A stretch of DNA of 64,000 bases from Candidatus Bathyarchaeota archaeon (GCA_963715865.1 OY970280.1:768001-832000), one strand, 5' to 3'. Positions 9,021-18,537 are shown, counted from the stretch's first letter. Numbers and translations are program-made. Notes: a model not told the origin generated them from the sequence alone.

Positions 9021-9880
9021 AGCAGTTAACGATTTTAAGCGGCAAGGGTGGTACTGGCAAAACATCAATAACCGCTTCGTTTGCTGTTCTGGCGAAAAAC
9101 GCTGTTGTGGCAGATTGCGATGTGGATGCACCTGACCTTCATATGCTTCTGCATCCTGAGGTAATTAAAACGCAAGAGTTCATAGGTTCAAAGGCGGCTG
9201 TCATTGACAAAGCAAAGTGTATTGACTGCGGTTTATGCAGAGAAAACTGCCACTTTAACGCCATAACCAGCGATTTGAAAGTTGACGTTATTGCCTGTGA
9301 GGGATGTGGTGTCTGTGCAGTCGCTTGCCCAGCTGATGCCATAGCTTTTATCCAAAGAATCTCTGGAAACGCCTACCTTTCAAAGACGAAATACGGCTTC
9401 ATGTCACACGCCCTGCTCCATCCAGGCGAATCCAATTCGGGAAAACTCGTCACTCTGGTCCGGCAAAACGCCAGAATTTTGGCTGAAAAAGAAGGATGTG
9501 ATTTGATTATAATTGATGGTTCACCGGGAATTGGCTGTCCTGTTATATCTTCTATTACAGGGGTGGATGCTGCATTGGTGGTTACGGAGCCTACCATGTC
9601 GGGCATCCATGATCTTGAAAGGGTCTTGACACTGCTTGATCACTTTAATGTTGCTCCTTTTGTTTGCGTAAACATGTACGATATAAACGTAGACAACACA
9701 AACAAAATCTTGAATTTCTGCAAAGAAAACGGAATTGGCGTTGTGGGTATTATTCCTTTTAATCCTGAAGTTACTCAGGCGATGGTTAACGGAAAAACCA
9801 TTGTTGAATACTCCCAAGAAAGCAATGCAGCAAAAGAAATAACGAGTATGTGGAAAAAGATTCTGCAATCTATGAACTGA
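9017..9880 (+). CDS. second COG1149 ATPase with ferredoxin insert; start probably non-canonical ATA at 9017 (alternative ATG at 8963)
   Basis: KQLTILSGKGGTGKT, DCDVDAPDL, two CxxCxxCxxxC, DGSPGIGCP, TEPTMSG; GGAGGT lies 10 nt before 9017. Confidence 0.85.
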   Translation: MKQLTILSGKGGTGKTSITASFAVLAKNAVVADCDVDAPDLHMLLHPEVIKTQEFIGSKAAVIDKAKCIDCGLCRENCHFNAITSDLKVDVIACEGCGVCAVACPADAIAFIQRISGNAYLSKTKYGFMSHALLHPGESNSGKLVTLVRQNARILAEKEGCDLIIIDGSPGIGCPVISSITGVDAALVVTEPTMSGIHDLERVLTLLDHFNVAPFVCVNMYDINVDNTNKILNFCKENGIGVVGIIPFNPEVTQAMVNGKTIVEYSQESNAAKEITSMWKKILQSMN

Positions 9881-9923
9881 AAAATAGCGCGATAATTCTC
9901 GTTTTCGAAGAGCAAGGAATAAG

Positions 9924-10265
9924 CTATTTCATTTCCGTATCGTTTTGCGTGTCCTTGTTTGGAGTAGACGTAACTATGTAGATTGGTCTTCCTTCACTGA
10001 GGGCTTGCGCCGCCTTCCTTCTTGCACTTTGAACAAGCCTCCAGATGGTCCCTCTTGAGATACTCATTCTTTGCCCAGCCTCTTCCTGTGACAAACCCTC
10101 CATGTCTACCAGCCTGAAGGCTTCAACTTCCGCAAATTCAATGAAAACTGGTTCCAAATTCCTTGACGGATTAGGCGTAAAGCTGGTTATGGGCGGAATA
10201 ACCCCTAAGGTAACGGGTTTTGGAAATCTCCCTCTTCTACCGTATCTGTGTCTTCCTCGCCACAT
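9924..10265 (-). CDS. DUF134 HTH protein
   Basis: GRRGRFPKP...EVEAFRLVDMEGLSQEEAGQRMSISRGTIWR; ATG at 10265 with AGGAG upstream. Confidence 0.85.
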   Translation of the reverse strand: MWRGRHRYGRRGRFPKPVTLGVIPPITSFTPNPSRNLEPVFIEFAEVEAFRLVDMEGLSQEEAGQRMSISRGTIWRLVQSARRKAAQALSEGRPIYIVTSTPNKDTQNDTEMK

Positions 10266-10303
10266 CGTAGATTTTCTCCTACTTCCAAATTGTTTGCTTT
10301 CGC

Positions 10304-10462
10304 TTAGTACGTTAATAGACTTTTGGTCTCTTCGAGAACCCACTCCAAGGCTTGTTTCGCTGCTTTTCTAGCGATGGTTTCAAACTCGGTGAATGGTCCA
10401 CCGGTTAGCGTCTCATTTTCAAGATCCCTTAAACGTTTTCTGATTTCTTGCTCTGTTCTCAT
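10304..10462 (-). CDS. 52-aa small protein missed by the ORF track
   Basis: Manual translation MRTEQEIRKRLRDLENETLTGGPFTEFETIARKAAKQALEWVLEETKSLLTY; co-oriented and just upstream of DUF134. Confidence 0.6.
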   Translation of the reverse strand: MRTEQEIRKRLRDLENETLTGGPFTEFETIARKAAKQALEWVLEETKSLLTY

Positions 10463-10604
10463 ATTCTTCACGTTTGATGCTTTGCCGAGTTACGCTCGGT
10501 TCATAAATCTTATGTTATGCAGAACTTTTATATATTTCTGTGCACTGTCACATTAATTGATTGTGTGCATAAACACAAAAATAATCTTGGAGGTGAAATT
10601 AAAA

Positions 10605-10970
10605 ATGGGATGGAGAAGAAGAGCATATTTTGATCAGTGTCTCGGCAGAGGACCCTTCAGCCACTTGCCACCATGGCAAAGACCAGGACGTGCATACGGC
10701 GGCAGAGGCTATGGCAGAGGATTGGGCGCTGACCCACGAGCATGTATAAGGTATCCGTGGCTCCCAAGATGGTGGTGGGCAGACCCAACATACGCATATC
10801 AGCTTCCAGCGCCTACGCCACAAGATGAAATAGCAGCGCTAGAAGACTCCAAAAAGGAAATTGAAGAAGAGAAAGCCAGCATAGAGCAAGAAATCAACGA
10901 CATAGAAACGCAGCTAAAAGAGCTAAAATCCAAGCTTGAACCAGAGAAAAAACAACCTACAGGACAGTGA
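10605..10970 (+). CDS. DUF5320-like protein (Gly/Arg-rich N-terminus, C-terminal coiled coil)
   Basis: GRGPFSHLPPWQRPG, GRGYGRG, coiled-coil tail; GGAGGTGA before ATG 10605. Confidence 0.72.
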   Translation: MGWRRRAYFDQCLGRGPFSHLPPWQRPGRAYGGRGYGRGLGADPRACIRYPWLPRWWWADPTYAYQLPAPTPQDEIAALEDSKKEIEEEKASIEQEINDIETQLKELKSKLEPEKKQPTGQ

Positions 10971-11043
10971 CAATGTCAAGTTTATTAGCCGAATGTTTCT
11001 CAACATTTCAATACTGCGAACGAAGAATTGGAGGCATAGAAAT

Positions 11044-11325
11044 TTGCTGTCAAAAATTCCAATAAATCTTGAAAGAATAGCAAAAGAAGACTTGGACAAA
11101 GAAATACTCAGAGCAGCAATAGTCGCTGAATTAGATGCTGTAAGCCTTTACGAACAGATGGCAGCGTTAACCGAAAATAAACACATAAAAACGGTCCTAT
11201 TGGATATAGCCAAGGAAGAAAAGACACATGTTGGAGAATTCCAAGCCCTGCTGCTGACGATTGACAAACAACAGGAAAAAGAATTGGCTGAAGGCAAAAA
11301 AGAAGTTGAAGAATTAATTAGTTAG
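11044..11325 (+). CDS. ferritin-like protein of encapsulated-ferritin (Flp/EncFtn) type, stand-alone
   Basis: EILRAAIVAELDAVSLYEQMA...LLDIAKEEKTHVGEF (ExxH ferroxidase ligands); TTG start after GGAGG. Confidence 0.83.
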   Translation: MLSKIPINLERIAKEDLDKEILRAAIVAELDAVSLYEQMAALTENKHIKTVLLDIAKEEKTHVGEFQALLLTIDKQQEKELAEGKKEVEELIS

Positions 11326-11497
11326 ATTGGTGCTAGGCGTAATTTGTCCAAGCAGCAAATTCTCCCCTTTCTTAGATAGCAATTAAGCTTTCACCCTTTA
11401 AATGATTAGATGCAGAGTTACCGTCTTAAAAAGAAAATAAGAGTGTATTTAGGCAGGTAAATATGCAGATACAGATGGAAACCTAGGAGGTTCATAG

Positions 11498-12763
11498 ATG
11501 AACGAGAAAAGAATACCCCTCAGAAAGGGAGAAGAAGCAGCGAGGCTTTCCACCATTATTCTTCTAACACTCGGTATTTTGAAAGGAATCACGTCCATTG
11601 CAAGTGGTAGCGTTGCCCTCTTGGCGGGCACAATCGACTCATTCTCGGATGTTTTCTCTTCAATAGCTGTGTGGGCTGGACTCAACATTGCAAAGAGAAA
11701 ACCGACCGAGAGATTTCCTTACGGATACTACAAGGCAGAAACTTTTGCGTTGCTAATAGTGTCTTTGATAATCGTGGCATCCAGCGTTTTGATCATGTTT
11801 GAGTCTTTTCAGAAGTTTTTTGAGGTCTATGTTATTTCATTTTCGGACCTAGCGCTTGCTGTGTCAGCGTTGTCAGCGGTTGTTTATTATCTGCTTGCTA
11901 AATACAAGGCGAGAGTAGGGCGCCAAATTGGTTCGCAAGCTTTGATCAGCGAAGGTTTGCATTCTATGGTAGACGTTTACGCTTCTGTGTTGGTTTTCGT
12001 TGGGGTTTTCCTGGGTGTATTTGGTTATCCGGTTGGTGAGGCTCTGATTGGCTTCATGATTGGTTTGTATGTGCTGGCAAGAGGATTATGGTTCGGAAAA
12101 GATGCAGTGCTGGTTTTGATGGATGTTTCACCCAGTCCACAAAGGGTCAAGGAAATGAGGGAAATAGCTGAAAGTGTTCACGGAGTTAGGGGGACCCATG
12201 AGATTAGGTTGCGAAAATCCGGTCCTGTGTTCTTTGGCGAGATGCATGTGGAATTGCAAGAAGGGCTATCTTTGGAAAGAGCGCACGTGATATCGGAGGA
12301 GGTTGAAGCAAGAATTAAGGAACATTTCAAAGACTTGGAGTTAGTTACTGTACATGTAGGGCTTGCGCATAGGAAAAAGACGAGGATTGCTATTCCAATA
12401 GTGGAAGACAAAGGCTTAGAATCATCGGTTAGTCTTCATTTTGGAAGTGCACCTTATTTTGCCTTCGTAGACGTTGAAGAAGGACAAATAGTAAGTTCCT
12501 ACGTTAAGGAGAATGAAGGAGCAAAATTGTCTCATAAGAAGGGCATACAAGCCGCCCACCTCTTGGTTGAAGAAAATGTTGATGTGGCACTGGCGGGGGA
12601 TGTTGGAGAAGGTCCATTCCACGTATTAGGAGACAATCTAATACAGATTTATTCTATCCCTAAATCTATGGAAATAAGAGAGGCAGTTAACCTCTTAAAT
12701 AAAACCTTGTTAGAAAGAATGACTTCGCCGACTGAAAAGTCTGATGAGGATAAAATTGAATGA
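11498..12763 (+). CDS. cation diffusion facilitator fused to a C-terminal NifB/NifX domain
   Basis: SVALLAGTIDSFSD, FPYGYYKAE, HSMVD, dimerisation domain, then HFGSAPYF...GEGPF. Confidence 0.9.
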   Translation: MNEKRIPLRKGEEAARLSTIILLTLGILKGITSIASGSVALLAGTIDSFSDVFSSIAVWAGLNIAKRKPTERFPYGYYKAETFALLIVSLIIVASSVLIMFESFQKFFEVYVISFSDLALAVSALSAVVYYLLAKYKARVGRQIGSQALISEGLHSMVDVYASVLVFVGVFLGVFGYPVGEALIGFMIGLYVLARGLWFGKDAVLVLMDVSPSPQRVKEMREIAESVHGVRGTHEIRLRKSGPVFFGEMHVELQEGLSLERAHVISEEVEARIKEHFKDLELVTVHVGLAHRKKTRIAIPIVEDKGLESSVSLHFGSAPYFAFVDVEEGQIVSSYVKENEGAKLSHKKGIQAAHLLVEENVDVALAGDVGEGPFHVLGDNLIQIYSIPKSMEIREAVNLLNKTLLERMTSPTEKSDEDKIE

Positions 12764-13045
12764 CAACCAAGCATTTTGCCAATCAAAATTAAAACTTAAC
12801 TCTGGACAGCACATGACCCACATGGCAACTGGTCTTTCCCTAACACAAGGCTGGAAGATTAGGCAAGCAATCACAAGGTCGAGATTTCAAATATGATGAT
12901 AAATGTATAATGACTAATTCCACTCGAAGAAAGCGGACTAAGTGATAGACTTATGAGAACATTCACTATGAATGCTAATTATCTAAAACATAAACAGCTA
13001 AGCTTAAATTGTAAGCATACTAAGAAAGGGGCTGGTGAATAAGAA

Positions 13046-13462
13046 ATGCCCAAAGTTAAGGCAAAAGCAACATGGGTTGAGAACGTTCGCTCAATCGTAG
13101 ATAACCAAAGAACTCATAGCGTCGTCTGCGACCTCTCGACGGTTGCGGGCGGAACCGACAGTGGTCCTACAGCGTTAGAATTGACTTTAATGGCTTTAGC
13201 TGACTGCGGCGTAACCATTTTCGCGGATGTTTGCAAAAAAAGCAACATCCAACCAGACAAAGTTGATGTTACTGTTGAAGCTGAAAAATCTCCAGATTCA
13301 CCAATCATAACTGGTGTCAGCATGAAAGTTAACGTTTCATCGAAGACGAGGAAAGAACTTTTAGACGCTGCTTGGAGAAGAACTGAAGCAAACTGTCCAG
13401 TGCTGTCTATTTTCAAGGAACCTATATCCGTTAAGGTTGAGTTTGAAGCAAAACAAGAATAA
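13046..13462 (+). CDS. OsmC-family protein
   Basis: GGTDSGPTALELTLMALADC...NCPV (two conserved Cys). Confidence 0.85.
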   Translation: MPKVKAKATWVENVRSIVDNQRTHSVVCDLSTVAGGTDSGPTALELTLMALADCGVTIFADVCKKSNIQPDKVDVTVEAEKSPDSPIITGVSMKVNVSSKTRKELLDAAWRRTEANCPVLSIFKEPISVKVEFEAKQE

Positions 13463-13483
13463 ATTTGTTTTTTTTCTTTTTTT
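13463..13483 (+). terminator. oligo-T archaeal terminator after osmC
   Basis: ATTTGTTTTTTTTCTTTTTTT immediately after the stop codon. Confidence 0.5.
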
Positions 13484-13489
13484 AACTGC

Positions 13490-13603
13490 CTGGAGATTAA
13501 AGCAGTCGCCAACATTTACGTTATTGATATTGCAGCGTTATTCTTGTTTACTCTTGTATTTCTAGCCATAGCTACTGCTGTACTCAAAAAAAGACTCACC
13601 TGA
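13490..13603 (+). pseudogene. possible 3' remnant of a membrane protein (ABC-2 permease-like last helix)
   Basis: Start-less frame ...YVIDIAALFLFTLVFLAIATAVLKKRLT* is a clean TM helix with a basic tail. Confidence 0.3.
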
Positions 13604-13710
13604 CAACAAGTTAACCTGTGGCGGTTTGCCAAGCGCAACTTAAATTGAGATTAGCAGCAATAGTTCTGAAAGAAAAGTGACAACAGACATTTTACGGCTC
13701 TAAATGTAAA

Positions 13711-14091
13711 TCACGGATTGGTAGGTTGCCATTTTGTAAAATAGAGTTTATCTCCTTCCTTGAAGGCGCGGATTAATTCACAGTGTCGAAGAATCGCAAA
13801 TTGCTGCTCTAACTCTTCAGGTTTTATCTTAACCACCGTCAATAGTTCTTCTTTAGTGATTTTTCCGTGCTCCCCAATTGTGCGGTAAATCTTCTCCTGT
13901 AGCTCGGTTAGGCCAGAGGCACCTGTTTGGCCCAACTGTTTTCGGACGGACAAAGCTGATGCCACCGCCATAGGATCACAAGCTTTAGGTGGGTTTGTCA
14001 CGTAAATGTAACAATCTTCACATAAGATTTTTCCGTGAAAATCATAACTTTCTCCTTCTTTAAGAAGTAAACCGCAACGCTCACATTGCAT
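13711..14091 (-). CDS. zinc-finger (CxxC...CxxC) plus winged-HTH hypothetical protein
   Basis: MQCERCG...LCEDCY, ACDPMAV, C-terminal wHTH-like segment. Confidence 0.75.
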   Translation of the reverse strand: MQCERCGLLLKEGESYDFHGKILCEDCYIYVTNPPKACDPMAVASALSVRKQLGQTGASGLTELQEKIYRTIGEHGKITKEELLTVVKIKPEELEQQFAILRHCELIRAFKEGDKLYFTKWQPTNP

Positions 14092-14224
14092 GACCCATAA
14101 ACCCTCTGACGTTATTTACGGTTTCCATGTATATTTCAATTGTTATCCATCATCAAAAAATTCAACACTTTTGCTTTGTGTTGTAAACAGTTAGGTTATA
14201 CTAAGCGCAACCATGCACATTCAG

Positions 14225-16642
14225 CTATGGTAACAATCTTGTTTTCAACTGGTCATTTAATACAATACCGAAAGCAAAGAACCATGCTAATGCTATAACA
14301 ACGTAAATCGCGGGTATTGGAGCCAATCCCGGTATGCCGACAATTGAAATCAGCGAGGAGATAACTATATCTACTATAACTGCTGTTAAGAGAGGTTTGC
14401 TTGGTTTTGACTTATAGAAGTTACCTCTCTCTCGCACCACAAATATGGTAAACAACCCTCCGAACAATAACATGTCAAAGACGAACGTGTTTAGCTGAGC
14501 AATGTTAGACAGTTCCAAGTATGATAACCCTAAATAGAGGAGACCGAGGGATTCAGCAACAATAAAAATGCCCAGCATGATGGATGCCTTTACCAAGGCA
14601 GTGATATTCCAAGTCTCAGGCTTTTCTGATGGCCTCACGTTGTCAGTGGCAAGTGAAATCGTAACAAAGTCCACCAAGAACAAAAGCAAAACAACTTGAA
14701 AAGCATCTACAACAAATAGTCCAGTCAAAAGGAAAGCTAAGACCACAAATAGCACTATTTGGAATGTTTTAACTACTTTGTTAAGTATCCACGTCACAAT
14801 TCTCTGATAAATCATTCTCCCAGTCGTAACGAGGTCTAGAATGTTGGTTAGTCCAGGTTCTGTTAAAACTACACTTGCCGCACCTTTTGCGACATCGGTT
14901 GCGTTGCTTACCGCTATTCCGACTTCTGCCTGTTTTAGCGCCGCGGCATCGTTTATGCCGTCTCCAGTCATTCCAACTACATGTAGGTTAGCCTGTAAGC
15001 CTCTGACTATTTGATACTTACCAGCGGGGTAAATTTCTGCGAAGCCATCGCTTTTTTCAACAATTTCCGTAGCCACTAGGGCATCTTTGTTTGCTGTTTC
15101 TTTTATGTCAGGCGTGCGTGTTATTTTATCACCTAAATGTATTTCTTGGGCTATTTGTTTTGCAATCGGTAACGCGTCTCCAGTCAGCATTTTGATGGAT
15201 ATTCCTAACGCTCGAAGTTTATCTATCATTTTTGCAGAGTCAGGTCTTGGTTTATCATAGAGCGCCACTAACCCAACGAGACCCATTTTTGACTCTTCGC
15301 GGCTTACTGCAACAGCTATAATTCTGTATCCCTTGTTGGCGAAAGCGTCCATTTTTGCCTCAAGATCAGCAAGTTCTTTTCCTTCAATTTCGCACAATGG
15401 CGCTATTGCAGAGACTGCTCCTTTAGCAACTCTTAATTTCCCACCCTGCTTCTCTACAATTGCCTCTGTTCTTCGAGTAGAAGGGTCAAAGGGCATGAAT
15501 TCCTTTTGAATGTAACCATCTAACGGTATGTTTCTTTCATGAGCTGCCGCTAAGAAAGCCATGTCAATGGGGTCTTGGTTTGCTTTTTGTGAGGCTAAGG
15601 CGCCAAACAGCAGGGCGTCATCTTTTTTATAGTTGTTAATTTCCAGTACGTCTGCTACGGTTAGCATGTTTAAGGTGAGCGTTCCTGTTTTGTCAACGCA
15701 TAGAACATCCATGAGGGCGGCGTCTTCAGAGGCGCTGAGTCGAGTAACTAAGACCCCTTTCTTTGCGAGTTCTAATGAGCCTAGCGCCATTGTAATCGTG
15801 AACATGGTGGGCAATGCGACGGGTATTGCTGATACAAGCAATATTAGCGCCAGCGACAACATATCCAGGAGATTTATGCCGCGTATCCATGATACAGCGA
15901 AAGCTACGAGAAGTAGGGAGACAACCAAAATTAGAAGCCACTTCATTAATCCTGTGATGACCGCTTCCATGTGGAGCCTAGGTTTGGCTAGTTGGACGAG
16001 CTGGGCTGTTTTTCCAAAATAGGTGTGTATTCCAGTGGATGTTACCACGCTTGTGGCTTCTCCCTTTCGTATTATGGAACCAGAGTAAATGATTTCGCCC
16101 TTTTTCTTTTCAAGGGGCATGGATTCTCCAGTGATAGCTGATTGGTCTACGGTGACTTCTGCATCTATTATTTTGAGGTCAGCGGGAACAAAATCACCTG
16201 ACCTTACTCTAATAATATCGCCAGGAACTAAATCGGCGGCTGATATGGTTGACCACGTTTTGTCTCTCAGGACTCTTGTTTGCAGTTGCAGTTTTTGCTT
16301 GAGCGCTTTGACTGCTCTTGTTGCTTGCTGTTCTTGAGCAAACCCTAAAATGGCATTTACAAGCAGTAGTGCGGTTATTATGTAGAGGTCTAAGTATTTG
16401 CCTAAAACGAACGAGAGTACTATTGCTATTTCAAGCATCCAAGCTGTTAAACCCCAGAAACGTTTTAGAAATCCAATTAAGGGATTTTGCCGTTTTTCTG
16501 CTACTTCATTGCGGCCATACTGGTCTATTCTTCGTTTCGCTTCAATGTCGGTTAAACCTGTAACTGGATCAGCTTGTAATTGCTTCAGAGTTTCATCGAC
16601 GGGGAGAGCAGCAAAGCTATCTGAGCTTCTTTTTTCTTCCAT
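14225..16642 (-). CDS. P-type ATPase of the plasma-membrane H+-ATPase (P3A) subfamily
   Basis: TGES, IPVALP, CVDKTGTLT, PFDP...KGA, DxPRPDS, MLTGD, MTGDGINDAAALK. Confidence 0.92.
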   Translation of the reverse strand: MEEKRSSDSFAALPVDETLKQLQADPVTGLTDIEAKRRIDQYGRNEVAEKRQNPLIGFLKRFWGLTAWMLEIAIVLSFVLGKYLDLYIITALLLVNAILGFAQEQQATRAVKALKQKLQLQTRVLRDKTWSTISAADLVPGDIIRVRSGDFVPADLKIIDAEVTVDQSAITGESMPLEKKKGEIIYSGSIIRKGEATSVVTSTGIHTYFGKTAQLVQLAKPRLHMEAVITGLMKWLLILVVSLLLVAFAVSWIRGINLLDMLSLALILLVSAIPVALPTMFTITMALGSLELAKKGVLVTRLSASEDAALMDVLCVDKTGTLTLNMLTVADVLEINNYKKDDALLFGALASQKANQDPIDMAFLAAAHERNIPLDGYIQKEFMPFDPSTRRTEAIVEKQGGKLRVAKGAVSAIAPLCEIEGKELADLEAKMDAFANKGYRIIAVAVSREESKMGLVGLVALYDKPRPDSAKMIDKLRALGISIKMLTGDALPIAKQIAQEIHLGDKITRTPDIKETANKDALVATEIVEKSDGFAEIYPAGKYQIVRGLQANLHVVGMTGDGINDAAALKQAEVGIAVSNATDVAKGAASVVLTEPGLTNILDLVTTGRMIYQRIVTWILNKVVKTFQIVLFVVLAFLLTGLFVVDAFQVVLLLFLVDFVTISLATDNVRPSEKPETWNITALVKASIMLGIFIVAESLGLLYLGLSYLELSNIAQLNTFVFDMLLFGGLFTIFVVRERGNFYKSKPSKPLLTAVIVDIVISSLISIVGIPGLAPIPAIYVVIALAWFFAFGIVLNDQLKTRLLP

Positions 16643-16843
16643 TTAGACATATTCACCATAGAGCTAATAATGAATTAATTTACGGTAGTTATTATCAAAG
16701 AAAACACCTGCTCTATAAAGCTCTGATGTAATTTTTTGTTGGTCAGGAGAAGCTTTGCAGTAAATTGTTTTAGCAATCATTAACAATTTTCGGTAAATAC
16801 TTTAATAGTCACGCAACAAAAAAGGGCAACATAAGTTAAGGTT

Positions 16844-17068
16844 ATGAATGTTGGCTGGAGAGACTGGAGTAAAAGCGATATTATCTATGGAATTGTTGTT
16901 CCTGTTATCGTGGTTTTAGTGATTGTTGGTCTCTCTAGGGTAAGTTCCATTGTAGGGTTTAGCTTTTCTGGCTCTTCTGGCATCATAATAGGAATCATCA
17001 TGGAGCTTGAAGAGTTGACTGTTATTGCTGTAGTTCCGCTTTTGCTTGGGTTGATTTGGAACCTTTAA
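16844..17068 (+). pseudogene. truncated membrane protein
   Basis: Two TM segments, ending PLLLGLIWNL*AG. From memory related proteins continue WN(K/R)WAGG, so the TAA would replace a Trp codon; the frame closes again 5 codons later. Confidence 0.4.
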
Positions 17069-17144
17069 GCAGGCTACGTCTAGCACTGTTGTGTTCCAAA
17101 AGAGTTATTACTTTATTAAAGATGATAAGAATTGGGGAAGGAGG

Positions 17145-17318
17145 ATGGATGAGGAAAGGCTAGTGGGCACTAGCCAATTTGTTTGTGATCATGAAAAACA
17201 AAGATTATACACGCAAAAATGCTTTGACATACTCAATGGTTTTGAGTTGACTTTTACTCGATGCATTAACTGCCACAAAATTATTAGTTTAGAAGCAAAG
17301 AAACTTGCAAATCACTAA
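17145..17318 (+). CDS. small Cys/His protein (57 aa), possible zinc binder
   Basis: VCDH...KC...RCINCHK; ATG 17145 after GGAAGGAGG. Confidence 0.55.
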   Translation: MDEERLVGTSQFVCDHEKQRLYTQKCFDILNGFELTFTRCINCHKIISLEAKKLANH

Positions 17319-17332
17319 ATTCTTAGCTGTGT

Positions 17333-17740
17333 TTACTGGCTTTTGGCATAAAGATAAAGCGGCCCCTCTTGTAGCAAATCCAAAACCCGCTGCGTTTGAG
17401 TAGTAGATAACTTACATGTTTTAGGCTCGTTTAGAAACGGAAGCTTTTCAGGTGCATTTTGAATTATATGAAGGTCTTCCCAATTTACCTTGATATCTTC
17501 AGACGGTATGTGGTCATCAACATCCATAACCCAAGTGCCAGCATCCAATTCATCTCCGCCTTCAGTTAAAGCTGTAAAGGGTCCAAGCAGACTCTTATCA
17601 TCAACGTTATAGAGGAAAATTACTGAACCCTCCTTAATTTCAGTGGGCTTGGTTTTCTTATCTGCGCAAGTGTAACGTTGCCTGCTGAGACATAGCTGCC
17701 GAGATGGCGTATTGCAAAAAAGAACGTATCCTTCATACAT
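17333..17740 (-). CDS. DCD (development and cell death)/EVE-like domain protein
   Basis: GYVLFCN..S...CL.R......IKEGSVIFLYN....LLGPF.A..EGG..LD..TW matches the remembered plant DCD consensus; ATG at 17740. Confidence 0.68.
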   Translation of the reverse strand: MYEGYVLFCNTPSRQLCLSRQRYTCADKKTKPTEIKEGSVIFLYNVDDKSLLGPFTALTEGGDELDAGTWVMDVDDHIPSEDIKVNWEDLHIIQNAPEKLPFLNEPKTCKLSTTQTQRVLDLLQEGPLYLYAKSQ

Positions 17741-18200
17741 AACTCTATAGAACCTTCTTCTAGTTGTAAGTCTCTCGGCGTTTATTTCCTTTTTCTTTTT
17801 CCATAAACCATTAACAAGATTAATACACATGTTGGTTCTGCACTGAATCCACAAGGATATTTATTTTTGATAAACTCTTATGAACAAAGCACAGCTTACC
17901 TCAATTGTTTACTTTTTCTCTAATCAAGCTAAAAAGAGCCTCTAAGTTTAGAGATTGACAAAAATGGTTAAGAAAACACGTGTTCTCAAGGCTTCATATT
18001 TCGCAGTAATCTTATTTTTAACAATAGTTATGCTGCTCGCAGCAGAAACACATGTAGAAAGTTTTGTTAATTATAAACTGCCAACCCACATTACCCTATA
18101 CTACAATACCCTAAACACAATACACGCAGATAATGGCAAACAAGGAAACAACATCGGTTTCACGGTTTTAGCTGACCAAGAGCAAGCACCATTGGATGAT

Positions 18201-18537
18201 CCAACTCCCACTCCAACGCCAACTTCAACCCCTACTCCGACCCCTTCACCAACTCCGACCCCAAGTCCAACACCCAGCCCTACGCCAACACCAACGCCGT
18301 CTCCAACGCCATCACCGACGCCTACACCTACGCCAACTCCAACGCCAAGCCCTACTCCGAGCCCAACCCCTACACCAACGCCCACGCCATCGCCAACGCC
18401 CACTCCTACGCCTTCACCATCACCAACCCCTACACCAACTCCAACGCCCACTCCTACACCAACTCCGACTCCAACAGCCACCCCAAGACCATCGCCAACA
18501 CCAACCCCTAACCCAACGCCCACACCAACACCTGCTC
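18201..18537 (+). repeat. (Pro-Thr/Ser)n low-complexity repeat
   Basis: About 110 codons alternating CCN and ACN/TCN, synonymously diversified. Confidence 0.95.

Noticed and set aside
18201-18537. PT repeat as a CRISPR array or DNA satellite
   Set aside because: No constant repeat with unique spacers; synonymous third-position variation shows it is protein-coding.
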